Assembly (NCBI GenBank): GCA_965248845.1
Contig: CBDFKO010000002.1
Location: 2,012,564 to 2,076,563 of the forward strand
DNA: 64,000 bases
Source of the DNA: Acidobacteriota bacterium
Lineage (GTDB): Bacteria > Acidobacteriota > UBA890 > WLXD01
Direction: 5' to 3'
Shown here: positions 55,783 to 64,000 of the stretch, piece after piece
How positions within the stretch are numbered: position 1 is the first letter of the stretch
Layout of the letters: every line of letters starts with the position of its first letter
Position numbers and translations under genes: made by a program
The notes under the pieces: model-generated
Seen by the model: only the letters and a program-made list of their open reading frames with translations
Database searches by the model: none
What the model was told of the DNA's origin: nothing

Positions 55783-57426
55783 ATGACACTCGAGACCAAG
55801 CGCCTGATCATTGGAGGCCTCGGGGCCCTGTTCCTCGTGTCCCTCCTGTTCGTTCAATGGGTCGAGACCGCACGGCGTGCGGACGAGGCCGGTCTGACCA
55901 GGGCGAGCATCACGCCTCCGGCCAGCTCGGCGGAGTGCGTCAACTGTCACGCGCAGACCAACCCCGGGATCGTGGATCACTGGCGCGGGAGCACGCACGC
56001 GGGGAAAGGCGTCGGTTGCGTCGAGTGTCACACCGCCCAGGACGTCGAGCCCGACGCCTACCTGCACTACGGCGAGGTCATCGCCACCGTCGTCACACCG
56101 CGGGACTGTGCACGCTGCCACATCGAGGAAACAGCGGAGTTCGCCGCCAGCCACCACGCGGCGGCCGGCAACATTCTGGCCTCGCTCGATAACTACCTGG
56201 CCGAGACGGTCGAGGGGGCGCGGCTCGATTTCAACCCGCACTCGCCCACCCCGGGGCGCAACTTCGACATGGTCAACGGCCTGGCGAGCGCGGCGACCGG
56301 GTGTCAGCAGTGCCACGGCACCCGAGTGGCGTTCCGCTCCACCGACGGCGGCCGGATCACCGTCGAGGATCTGCAGCCCGACGAGAACGGCCTGCCCACC
56401 AATGCCGATGCGGTCGCGCGTATCGTGCGCGACGCCAACGGTGTTCCCGAGTATCACCCGGCCACCTGGCCCAACACCGGCATCGGACGGTTGAACCTCG
56501 ACGGTACGCGTGGCTCCTGCTCCGCCTGCCACAGCCGTCACGACTTCTCGCCGCGGCGAGCGCGCCAGCCGGAGAACTGCGGCAAGTGCCACCTGGGTCC
56601 CGACCATCCACAGAAGGAAATCTACGAGGAGTCCAAGCACGGCATCGCCTACCGCGACCTCAAGGACGACATGAACCTCGACGCCGCCGACTGGGTGCTC
56701 GGGCGCGACTACTCGGCCGCGCCGACGTGCGCCACCTGCCACATGTCGGGCAACGTACGCAACAACGGCAAGGTCACGCACGATCCCGGCGAGCGCATCT
56801 CCTGGACCAACCGGCCGCCGGTGTCGCTGGCGATGGACACCGACATCAACCACGCCATCGTCATGAGCGCCGATCCGGACGAGCGCCGTCAGCTCACGGT
56901 CGACTCGTGGCAGGACAAGCGCAACCGCATGAAGGAGGTCTGCTCTAACTGCCACACGCCCGCCTACGTCAACGCCTTCTACACGCAGTACGACGACTTC
57001 GTGGTGCTCTACAACGAGAAGTTCGGGAAGGCGGGGCAGAAGATCATGGGCGCCCTGTTCGAACAGGGTGCTCGCACCGCGACCCAGTTCGACGAGGAGA
57101 TCGAGTGGACCTGGTTCTACCTATGGCACCACGAGGGTCGGCGGGCGCGCCACGGCGCCTCGATGATGGCGCCCGACTATGCGCACTGGCACGGCATGTA
57201 CGAGGTGGCCGAGCGCTTCTACATGGAGCTGATCCCGCAGGCGCGTGAGATGGCTGAGCACGCCGGCGGCGCTGCCGGCCGGGCCGTGACCCGGGTCATC
57301 GACGAGATCCTCGACCGGCCCGAGCACGCCTGGTTCCAGGAGGGCGCGGCCGAGCAGGCGGCGCTCATCCAGGAGGAGATGGAACGGCGCTACGGCCAGG
57401 GCGACCAGCGCCAGGGTCAGGACTGA
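55783..57426 (+). CDS. Membrane-anchored octaheme c-type cytochrome (HAO/OTR-like multiheme family)
   Basis: N-terminal TM helix LIIGGLGALFLVSLLFVQW. Eight CxxCH motifs: CVNCH, CVECH, CARCH, CQQCH, CSACH, CGKCH, CATCH, CSNCH. The 547-aa size gives ~65 aa per heme, as in the hydroxylamine-oxidoreductase / octaheme-reductase superfamily. Confidence 0.8.
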   Translation: MTLETKRLIIGGLGALFLVSLLFVQWVETARRADEAGLTRASITPPASSAECVNCHAQTNPGIVDHWRGSTHAGKGVGCVECHTAQDVEPDAYLHYGEVIATVVTPRDCARCHIEETAEFAASHHAAAGNILASLDNYLAETVEGARLDFNPHSPTPGRNFDMVNGLASAATGCQQCHGTRVAFRSTDGGRITVEDLQPDENGLPTNADAVARIVRDANGVPEYHPATWPNTGIGRLNLDGTRGSCSACHSRHDFSPRRARQPENCGKCHLGPDHPQKEIYEESKHGIAYRDLKDDMNLDAADWVLGRDYSAAPTCATCHMSGNVRNNGKVTHDPGERISWTNRPPVSLAMDTDINHAIVMSADPDERRQLTVDSWQDKRNRMKEVCSNCHTPAYVNAFYTQYDDFVVLYNEKFGKAGQKIMGALFEQGARTATQFDEEIEWTWFYLWHHEGRRARHGASMMAPDYAHWHGMYEVAERFYMELIPQAREMAEHAGGAAGRAVTRVIDEILDRPEHAWFQEGAAEQAALIQEEMERRYGQGDQRQGQD

Positions 57427-58070
57427 TCGCTCGGGCGGGCGGAGGCTGAGACCATGGAACGAAGGCAACTGCTCAAGGCGCTCGGGCTATCGAGCGCCGG
57501 CATCGCGGCGTTCTCCTGCGCGGACCAGGAGCGCGCCGGCCAGATCGCGGCGCGGCAAGCGTCGCTGAACGATGTCGATCTGGATTGGCACAAGGCCCCG
57601 TGTCGCTTCTGCGGCACCGGCTGCGGTGTCGAGGTCGGCGTGAACGACGGCCGCGTCATGGCGGTGCGGGGCGACGAGGCGAGCCCGGTCAACCGCGGGC
57701 TGCTGTGCGTCAAGGGCTACCACCTGCCCGGTTTGCTGTACGGCGAGGATCGGCTGACCCACCCGATGTTGCGCGACGGCGACTCCTGGCGCCGCATCTC
57801 CTGGGACGAGGCCCTCGAGCTGGTCGCCCAGAGGCTGCAAGAGTCGATCGACGCCCACGGCCCCGACTCGGTGGCGATGTACGGCTCGGGCCAGTGGACG
57901 GTGTTCGACGGCTACGCGGCTTCCAAGTTCTTCCGGGCTGGCCTGGGGACCAACAACGTCGACCCCAACGCCCGTCTCTGCATGGCCTCGGCGGTCATGG
58001 GCTTCATGACCCAGTTCCAGAGCGACGAGCCCATGGGCTGCTACGAGGACTTCGAAGCTGGCGACGACTT

Positions 58071-59433
58071 GGATCCGTCCCGAGTCCTGTGGAAATTAGA
58101 AAGGCGTAACCTCCGAGTAGCAAAACTCAGAGCCGCCACGAGCGGCAGGAGGTTACGCCGTGAAGCAGGTTAGCACGCACGACAACGAGGTCGTGGAGTT
58201 TCGACGGGACGTACAGATGTTGCTGCGGACGAGGATCCGTGAGGCGATCCAGATCACGCTCCAGGAGGAGCTCACGGAGGCTCTGGGGAGCGCGCGATAC
58301 GAGCGCAACGGTGGGCGCGCCGAGGCTACCGCAACGGCACCCAGAGCCGGCGGGTGACGACGGCGCAGGGACTCCAGGAGTTGGACGTGCCGCGCGGTCG
58401 CGTCGTGGACGAAGACGGCGGCACCCGGGAGTTCCGGAGCGCGATCCTGCCACGGTACGCGCGGCGAGCACGACAGGTGGACGAGGCGATCCTGGGAGCG
58501 TACCTGGCGGGCGCCAACACGCGGCGGATCCGCAAGGCGTTGTCTCCGTTGCTCGGGAGAGCGCACCTGTCCAAGAGCACGGTCTCGCGGGTGGTGGGGC
58601 GGCTCAAGACGTACTTCGCGAGCTGGAGCGAGCGAGAGCTGTCCGGTGAGCGGTATCCGATTCTGTATCTGGACGGGTTTCACCTGAAGGTCAGGTTGGC
58701 GCGGCGCGTGGTCTCGGTGCCGGTGTTGGCGGTGCTCGGAGTCAAAGCCGACGGCCAGAAGGTGTTGGTGGCGTTGCGGTTGGCGGCCTCGGAAGCGGAA
58801 GTTCACTGGCGAGGGTTGATCGACTCGCTCGTGCACCGGGGGCTGCGATCGCCTCAGCTGCTGATCGCCGACGGTCACAAGGGCTGGCGAAGGCGACCGA
58901 GGCATGGCCGCGGTCGCAGGTGCAGCGATGCATCCAGCACAAGTGGAGCAACCTTCGCGATCACTGCCCCGTGCATGCGCGCGATGAAATGAGGCGCGAT
59001 TGGCATGCCATCGTCCGCGCCGACAACGGCAACGAGGCTCGGGCCGCGTACAGCGCCTTCGTGCGCAAATGGTCCAGGCTCGTGCCGGCCGTTGCCCGAA
59101 GCCTGGAGGAAGCGGGCCTGAGCCTGCTGACGTTCTACGAGTTCCCCAGGCCGATGTGGAAGACGTTGCGAACGACCAACCCGCTCGAGAACCTGAACCG
59201 GGAGTTCCGGCGCCGTACCAAGACCCAGGGTTCGTTCTGCACCGAGGCAGCTGGCGTGACGTTGCTGTGGGGCTTGGTCGCCTTCGGCCAGATCCGCATG
59301 CGCCGCGTCGACGGCTATCGTCACCTTGCCCAGATCACTCGCGGCCCGGACGAGCAGGCCGCCTAACCGATACGATCAGCCGTTGCCCAGGAGGCTGCGC
59401 TTATCCAATTTCCACGACATTCGGGGCACATCC
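58071..59433 (+). mobile_element. IS256-family insertion sequence (1363 bp) with ~44-bp imperfect terminal inverted repeats and a perfect 8-bp target-site duplication GACGACTT
   Basis: GACGACTT occurs at 58063..58070 and 59434..59441. Left end GGATCCGTCCCGAGTCCTGTGGAAATTAGAAAGGCGTAACCTCC matches the reverse complement of the right end (GGATGTGCCCCGAATGTCGTGGAAATTGGATAAGCGCAGCCTCC). The transposase inside is mutator/IS256-like. Confidence 0.85.
58160..59366 (+). pseudogene. IS256-family (mutator-type) transposase, broken into three frames by two frameshifts
   Basis: Three consecutive ORFs (58160..58357, 58354..58992, 58920..59366) in three different frames. Together they align to IS256 transposases (LQEELTEALGSARYERNGGR; YRNG...TTAQGLQELDVPRGR; YLDGFHLKVR; LIADGHKGW; QRCIQHKWSNL...HARDEM). 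A single ~420-aa ORF is the norm. Confidence 0.75.
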
Positions 59434-61172
59434 GACGACTTCATCCTCTGGGGCAACAACATGGCCGAGATGCACCCGGTGCTGTTCTCACGGATTCTCG
59501 AGAACAAGCGCAACGACCCGGGGGTGCGGATCGTCGACATGGGCACGCGGCGCACCCCGACGACCGACTATGCCGACATGTACGTCGAGTTCGTGCCCGG
59601 CTCTGACCTGGCGCTGGCCAACGGCATCCTGCACCTGCTGTTCAGGAACGGGCAGCTCGACCAGGCCTTCATCCGCGAGAACCTGGTGTTCAAGCGGGGC
59701 ACCGAGGATCTCGACGCCATTGGCTTCGGCTGCTGGGGGGCGGACGGCACCGGCACTACCCCGGACGACGGCCCGGCGCCGCGGTACGGCTTCAAAGACC
59801 AGGCCCGGGGTTCCTCGCTCGAGCAGATGGAGCGCTTCCTGGCCGACTACACCCCGGCCCGGGTCCACGAGATCAGCGGCGTGCCGGAGGCACAGATCGA
59901 GTCGCTCGCCGCGATCTACGGCGACCAGAGCCGCGGCACGGTGAGTCTCTGGTGCATGGGGGTGAACCAGCACACGCGCGGCACGTGGATGAACAACCTG
60001 ATCACCGACATCCACCTGCTGACCGGCAAGATCAGTCGGCCGGGAGCCAATCCGTTCAGCCTGACGGGACAGCCCTCGGCGTGCGGCACGGTGCGGGAGG
60101 TCGGCACGCTGTCCGACCGGTTGCCGGCCGACATGGTGGTCACCAACCCCGAGCATCGCGCCAAGGCCGAGGAGATCTGGGGACTCGAGTCCGGCACCGT
60201 GCCGGCCACCCCCGGCTACCACACGATGGACATGTTCCGGGCGCTCGAGCGCGGCGACCTCAAGGTGATGTGGATCCAGGTCACCAACCCCTGCGTGACG
60301 ATGCCGCACTTGAACCGCATGCATCGGGAGCCCGACGAGGACCGCTTCATCATCGTCTCCGACATCTACCCGACCCCGACCACCGAGCAGGCCGATCTGG
60401 TGCTGCCCTCGGCCGCTTGGGTGGAGCGCGAGGGTGTGTTCGGTAACTCGGAGCGCCGTACGCAGCAGTGGAATCAGATGATCGATCCACCCGGCGAGGC
60501 GCGCGAGGATGCCTGGCAGGTCATCGAGGTGGCCAAGCGCATGGGACACGGCGAGTTGTTCCCCTGGCCCGACGACGACTGGCACGAGCCCATGTTCGAG
60601 GAGTACCGGCGCTTCACGCTGGGTGTCGGCAAGGACCTGGGCTCCTACCAGCAGCTCAAGGAGACCCGGGGGCTCATCTGGCCGGTTCTCGACGGACAGG
60701 AGACCCGCTACCGCTACGCCGCCGGCTTCGATCCGTACGTGCAGAAGGAGTCCGGGGTCCACTTCTACAAGGCCAAGGCAAACGGTGAGAAGGCCGCCGT
60801 CTGGCTGCGGCCCTACCATCCGCCGGCCGAGGTGCCCGACCAGGAGTATCCCTTCTGGCTGACCACGGGTCGCGTTCTGGAGCACTGGCACTCGGGCTCG
60901 ATGACCCGACGGGTCAAGCAGCTACACCAGGCGATCCCCGAAGCCTACGTCGAGATCAACCGCGCCGACGCCCAGCAGCTCGGGGTCAAGAGCGGCGACC
61001 GGGTGAAGGTGGTGAGCCGGCGTGGGGAGGTCGAGCTGCCTGTGCTGGTCGACGGACGCGGCAAGCCGCCGCGGGGTCGGGCCTTCGTACCCTTCTTCGA
61101 CGAGTCGCGGCTGATCAACGTTTTCACGCTCGATGCCATGGACAACATCAGCAAGCAACCGGATTACAAGAA

Positions 61173-61768
61173 ATGCGCCGTGCGGATCGAGCGAGCCTGA
61201 GCCGCCGGTCAGCGCTGCTGCTGGTCCTGGCGAGTGCTGCTGGCGCCACCGCGTGCGGCGACTCTTATGTCGAGGTGGAGGGTGGGGGTTTTGCAAGTCC
61301 AGCGCCACCGTGCGCGCGGAGCGGCGTGCCTTCGACGGTGCGCCGCCGGTGATCCCGCACGACAACTTCGGCATGACGTGCACCGAGTGCCACAACGCGC
61401 GGGGCATGGCGGTGCCGGACGTCGGATTTGCCCCGGCCTCACCCCACGAGGCTACCGCCGGCATGAGCGCCATCAGCCGCTGCCGGCAGTGTCACGTCTT
61501 CTCGGAGACCGACGACCTGTTCGTGGCCAACGCCTTCGTGGCGCTGCGTCAGGACCTGCGGCGCGGCCGACGGCTCAACGATTTGTCGCCCCCGGTGATC
61601 CCGCACAAGACCTTCATGCGCGACAATTGCGCCGGCTGCCACGCCGGTACCGCGGCGCGCGAGGAGATCCGCACCTCGCACTCGGAGCGCATCCGCTGTC
61701 GCCAGTGTCACGTGGCGGAGAGTACCCGCTCGCTGTTCCGCACCGAGATGGGACCAGGCGGGTCGTGA
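61173..61768 (+). pseudogene. napB: NapB-like periplasmic cytochrome c with a tandem NapB repeat (four CxxCH); apparent +/-1 frameshift near 61284..61292 between signal peptide and mature domain
   Basis: ATG at 61173 gives the signal peptide MRRADRASLSRRSALLLVLASAAGATACGDSYVEVEGG in frame 0. The NapB domains (PPVIPHDNFGMTCTECH...CRQCH; PPVIPHKTFMRDNCAGCH...CRQCH) are in the frame of ORF 61133..61768. The switch falls in the G5/T4 run gagggtgggggttttgc. This could be a sequencing error rather than a true pseudogene. Confidence 0.55.
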
Positions 61769-61827
61769 GTCTTGCCACGGCCTACCGTATGCGGGCGATC
61801 TCAGCGTTGCGCCTCGTCTGCGATGTC

Positions 61828-62269
61828 CTATCGCGGCGCGAGCGTCACCGTCTGCACGCCATCGGGGCCACGACCGAGAGCCCGGACGTAGGCGATCAAT
61901 GCCACGACGTCGGTGCCGGTGATATGCGGGCTGGACGGCATGTTCGGATAGCCGCTGATGATACCGCCCATGCGCACCGTATCGGCGATCTTCTGGTCGG
62001 TGAGTTGATCCATGTACTCGGAGTTCGAGTGGTTTCGCGGCGCTGGGTTTGAGGGTTGCGGCGGCGCGGCCGTCACCACGGCCGGTTTCGCCATGGCAGG
62101 GCGCGCAGTTGATCATGTAGACCCCCTTGCCTTGCTCGAGCAAAGCCAGAGTCACCTGGTGCACAACCGGAGCGTTGGGGGCCGCCGGCTCGGCGGCTTC
62201 ACCCCCAGCGCACGCTGCCAGCAGGCCCGCCGCGCCCACCATGGTAGCGATCGTTATCGTTCGTTTCAT
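61828..62269 (-). pseudogene. Class I c-type cytochrome (lipoprotein signal) with an internal frameshift
   Basis: The N-terminal part MKRTITIATMVGAAGLLAACAGG...GKGVYMINCAPCHGETGRGDGRAAATLKPSAAKP is in the frame of ORF 61439..62269. The C-terminal part EYMDQLTDQKIADTVRMGGIISGYPNMP...VVALIAYVRAL is in the frame of ORF 61828..62094. The junction lies near 62010..62050 in G/T homopolymer runs. Confidence 0.55.
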
Positions 62270-63204
62270 GTCGTCCTCGCTCGTTGAAGGGCGGAGCGGC
62301 TCATGCCGTCATCGGAGCCTGCTCGGGATGCCCGCCGCGTCGGCCCTTTCGCGGCGCCCGCGCTCGAAAACCGTGCCCGCCAGGGGGTACGGTCCGGTCG
62401 CAGCCGGAACGCCCACAGCGCCAGCGCGAATGAACCGAGAGTCCAGACCAGCAGCGATGCCAGCAGCGTTGCTGCGGCGCCCGCCGCCGTCAGCTCCTCG
62501 ACCAGCCAGGCACCGGCGGGGCCGAGCAAGTAGAGGTCAGCCTCGAGCGCCAACACCGCCAGGACGCGACCGGCGCTCACCGGGTTGACCAGCAGCAAGA
62601 GCGCCAGCACCGCGGGGCGCAAGCTCGCGGTCATCAAGGTTCCCATCAGGATCAGGTCGTACAGCATGACGAACAGGAACCAGAGAAAGATCGACCGTGC
62701 CTGGGCCTGAGCACCGGTTCTGCTGCGGACCGATACCAGCACCCCCACCCCCAGCATCGCCGCGATGACGAGAATCGCCAGCGCCGGGAACAGCGAGTAC
62801 ACAAGTAGCTGTCCCGCGCCGCCGTTGGCGACCACCACGAATCCGGCGGGGAGAAAACCGATCAGCGTCGCCGCAATCAGTGACACCAGCAGGCCTACAT
62901 ACTTGCCCGCGACGACTGCCCAGCGTTCGAGCGGCTGCGCCAGGAGGCGCTCGAGTGTTCCGCGGTCGCGCTCGCCCGCGATTGTCGCGGCACCGAGCCC
63001 CAGCGCCACCAGCGGCGCCAGCAACAGGCACAGGTTCGTGAGGCTGGCCGTGGTACGACCGAAGGTCTGCATCGCCAGACCGGCAGAACCTTGCGCGGCC
63101 GCCTGCGCCGTCATCAGACCGAGAATCGCGAGCCCCGCCGAATAGCCCTGCAACCAGTGGTTGCGCAGCGCGTCGCGTAACTCCTTGCGTACGATCGACC
63201 TCAT
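62266..63204 (-). CDS. ABC-2-type transporter permease
   Basis: Start at MRSIVRKELRDALRNHWL. Six hydrophobic helices. Start overlaps the stop of the ATPase gene (ATGA). Confidence 0.7.
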   Translation of the reverse strand: MRSIVRKELRDALRNHWLQGYSAGLAILGLMTAQAAAQGSAGLAMQTFGRTTASLTNLCLLLAPLVALGLGAATIAGERDRGTLERLLAQPLERWAVVAGKYVGLLVSLIAATLIGFLPAGFVVVANGGAGQLLVYSLFPALAILVIAAMLGVGVLVSVRSRTGAQAQARSIFLWFLFVMLYDLILMGTLMTASLRPAVLALLLLVNPVSAGRVLAVLALEADLYLLGPAGAWLVEELTAAGAAATLLASLLVWTLGSFALALWAFRLRPDRTPWRARFSSAGAAKGPTRRASRAGSDDGMSRSALQRARTT

Positions 63205-63905
63205 GACCCACCCCCGTGCGTGGCCTGGACCGCATCGACGTTCATGGCGGTCGCGACCAGGTCCGGGACGGCGCACTCCTCGCCACCGGTCAGCCGCCCA
63301 TCCTCGAGCGTGACCGGTCGACCCAGGCGCCCGAGCGCCGTGTGCTCGGCATGGGTCGATACCAGGATCGTCTTGCCCGCTGCCGCCAACTCGGTGATCC
63401 GGTCGCCGAGGTAACGGCGACTCCAGCCATCCAGGCTCGAGGTCGGTTCATCGAGCAACAGCACCGCCGGATCGCTCAGTACCGCCAGCGCGAACGCCAG
63501 CCGCTGCCGCATCCCTCCCGAGATCTCGTCGATCCGCAGGCCGCGTGCGTCGGTGAGCCGTGCTTCGGTCAGCAGCCGCTCAGCGCTTTCGGGATCGGCA
63601 TCGCGCAGCGACGTGTGGAAGTCCAGCGTCTCATCAACCGTTAGGTCGTTGTACAACCCGACGGCCTGCGCCATGTAGCCGATGCGCCGTCGCACTTCCT
63701 TGCCGTCACGCAACGGGTCCAGGCCGTCGACTCGAACGTGCCCGGAATAGGTCACCAGGCCGAGGATGCAACGGAAGAGCGTCGACTTCCCGGCACCGTT
63801 GGCACCGAGCAGCAACAGGACCTCGCCGGTCCCGACGCGCAGGTCGATCGAGTCGAGCACCGTGTTGGAGCCGAACCGCTTCGTTAACCCCTGAATCTCG
63901 ATCAT
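63201..63905 (-). CDS. ABC transporter ATP-binding protein
   Basis: Walker A GANGAGKST, ABC signature LSGGMRQRLAFA, Walker B LLLDEPTSSLD, H-loop STH. Start at MIEIQGLTKRFG. Confidence 0.85.
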   Translation of the reverse strand: MIEIQGLTKRFGSNTVLDSIDLRVGTGEVLLLLGANGAGKSTLFRCILGLVTYSGHVRVDGLDPLRDGKEVRRRIGYMAQAVGLYNDLTVDETLDFHTSLRDADPESAERLLTEARLTDARGLRIDEISGGMRQRLAFALAVLSDPAVLLLDEPTSSLDGWSRRYLGDRITELAAAGKTILVSTHAEHTALGRLGRPVTLEDGRLTGGEECAVPDLVATAMNVDAVQATHGGGS

Positions 63906-63935
63906 GCCCCCACCTCTTAGCAACCGACCGACGAG

Positions 63936-64000
63936 GCCGTCATGAGCGGGAACTCGTCGGTCACCAGCGGCTCACGGCGAATCACCGGGAACATCCGTGC
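63936..64000 (-). CDS. Partial CDS (C-terminal ~21 aa) of the gene upstream of the ABC transporter; continues beyond window end
   Basis: Open minus-strand frame ending TAA at ~63936 (…PLMTASSVGC*). Identity unknown. Confidence 0.3.

Larger units (their letters stand above)
57454..61200 (+). pseudogene. napA: Periplasmic nitrate reductase catalytic subunit NapA, disrupted by an IS256-family insertion (intact parts 57454..58070 and 59434..61200)
   Basis: N-part has Tat signal MERRQLLKALGLSSAGIAAF, 4Fe-4S motif CRFCGTGCG and KGYHLP...MGCYEDFEAGDD. C-part resumes exactly with FILWGNNMAEMHP and continues colinear with NapA to the C-terminal KKCAVRIERA. Removing the element and one duplication copy restores the frame (EAGDDFILWG). 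Confidence 0.85.

Noticed and set aside
1-64000. CRISPR arrays, tRNA or rRNA genes
   Set aside because: No direct-repeat/spacer periodicity and no cloverleaf-like or rRNA-like segments were seen in the few non-coding gaps. All larger gaps are accounted for by promoters or mobile-element ends.

Overview
High-GC (~70%) bacterial chromosomal segment in which nearly all real genes are long, third-position-GC-rich ORFs; most other six-frame ORFs are antisense or frame-shadow artefacts. Positions 1-44.7 kb are core/housekeeping genes, mostly on the minus strand. They include a 2-hydroxyacid dehydrogenase, a DtxR-family regulator, pyruvate kinase, an S9 peptidase and a Tat-exported xanthine-dehydrogenase-family molybdoenzyme (subunit order S-L-M) with a coupled Cys-rich small ORF. 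Further along are an SbcEF/YhaNO-like membrane-anchored ATPase plus nuclease pair, a cytoplasmic molybdopterin oxidoreductase, KorAB, LemA-HtpX-RpiA, L-asparaginase flanked by two cyclase-family lipoproteins, MscS, AlkA-Udg, LepA and a CsgG-like lipoprotein. The remainder of this part holds an Hcp-like gene interrupted by an in-frame TAA, two paralogous ~900-aa M14 carboxypeptidases flanking a ParA-like ATPase and a bactofilin, and RsgA. From 44.7 kb onward the content is accessory-like. It contains an RHH-MNT/HEPN toxin-antitoxin pair with an AT-rich palindromic operator island, IcmF, VapBC, and two copies of a ~170-210 bp MITE-like element with 30-bp terminal inverted repeats (the other copy sits at 34.5 kb). 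There is also an IS5-family element (CTAG duplication) whose transposase is split by a nested IS3-family element. The final stretch is a respiratory cluster of Rieske protein, fused cytochrome b6/subunit-IV, a membrane-anchored octaheme cytochrome c, NapA, a tandem tetraheme NapB, and a cytochrome c with an ABC transporter. This nap region appears to be decaying: napA is split by an IS256-family insertion with a perfect 8-bp target duplication, and napB, the downstream cytochrome c and the IS256 transposase all carry frameshifts. No rRNA, tRNA or CRISPR arrays were seen. All calls rest on reading the six-frame translations and the nucleotide sequence by eye; no searches were run.
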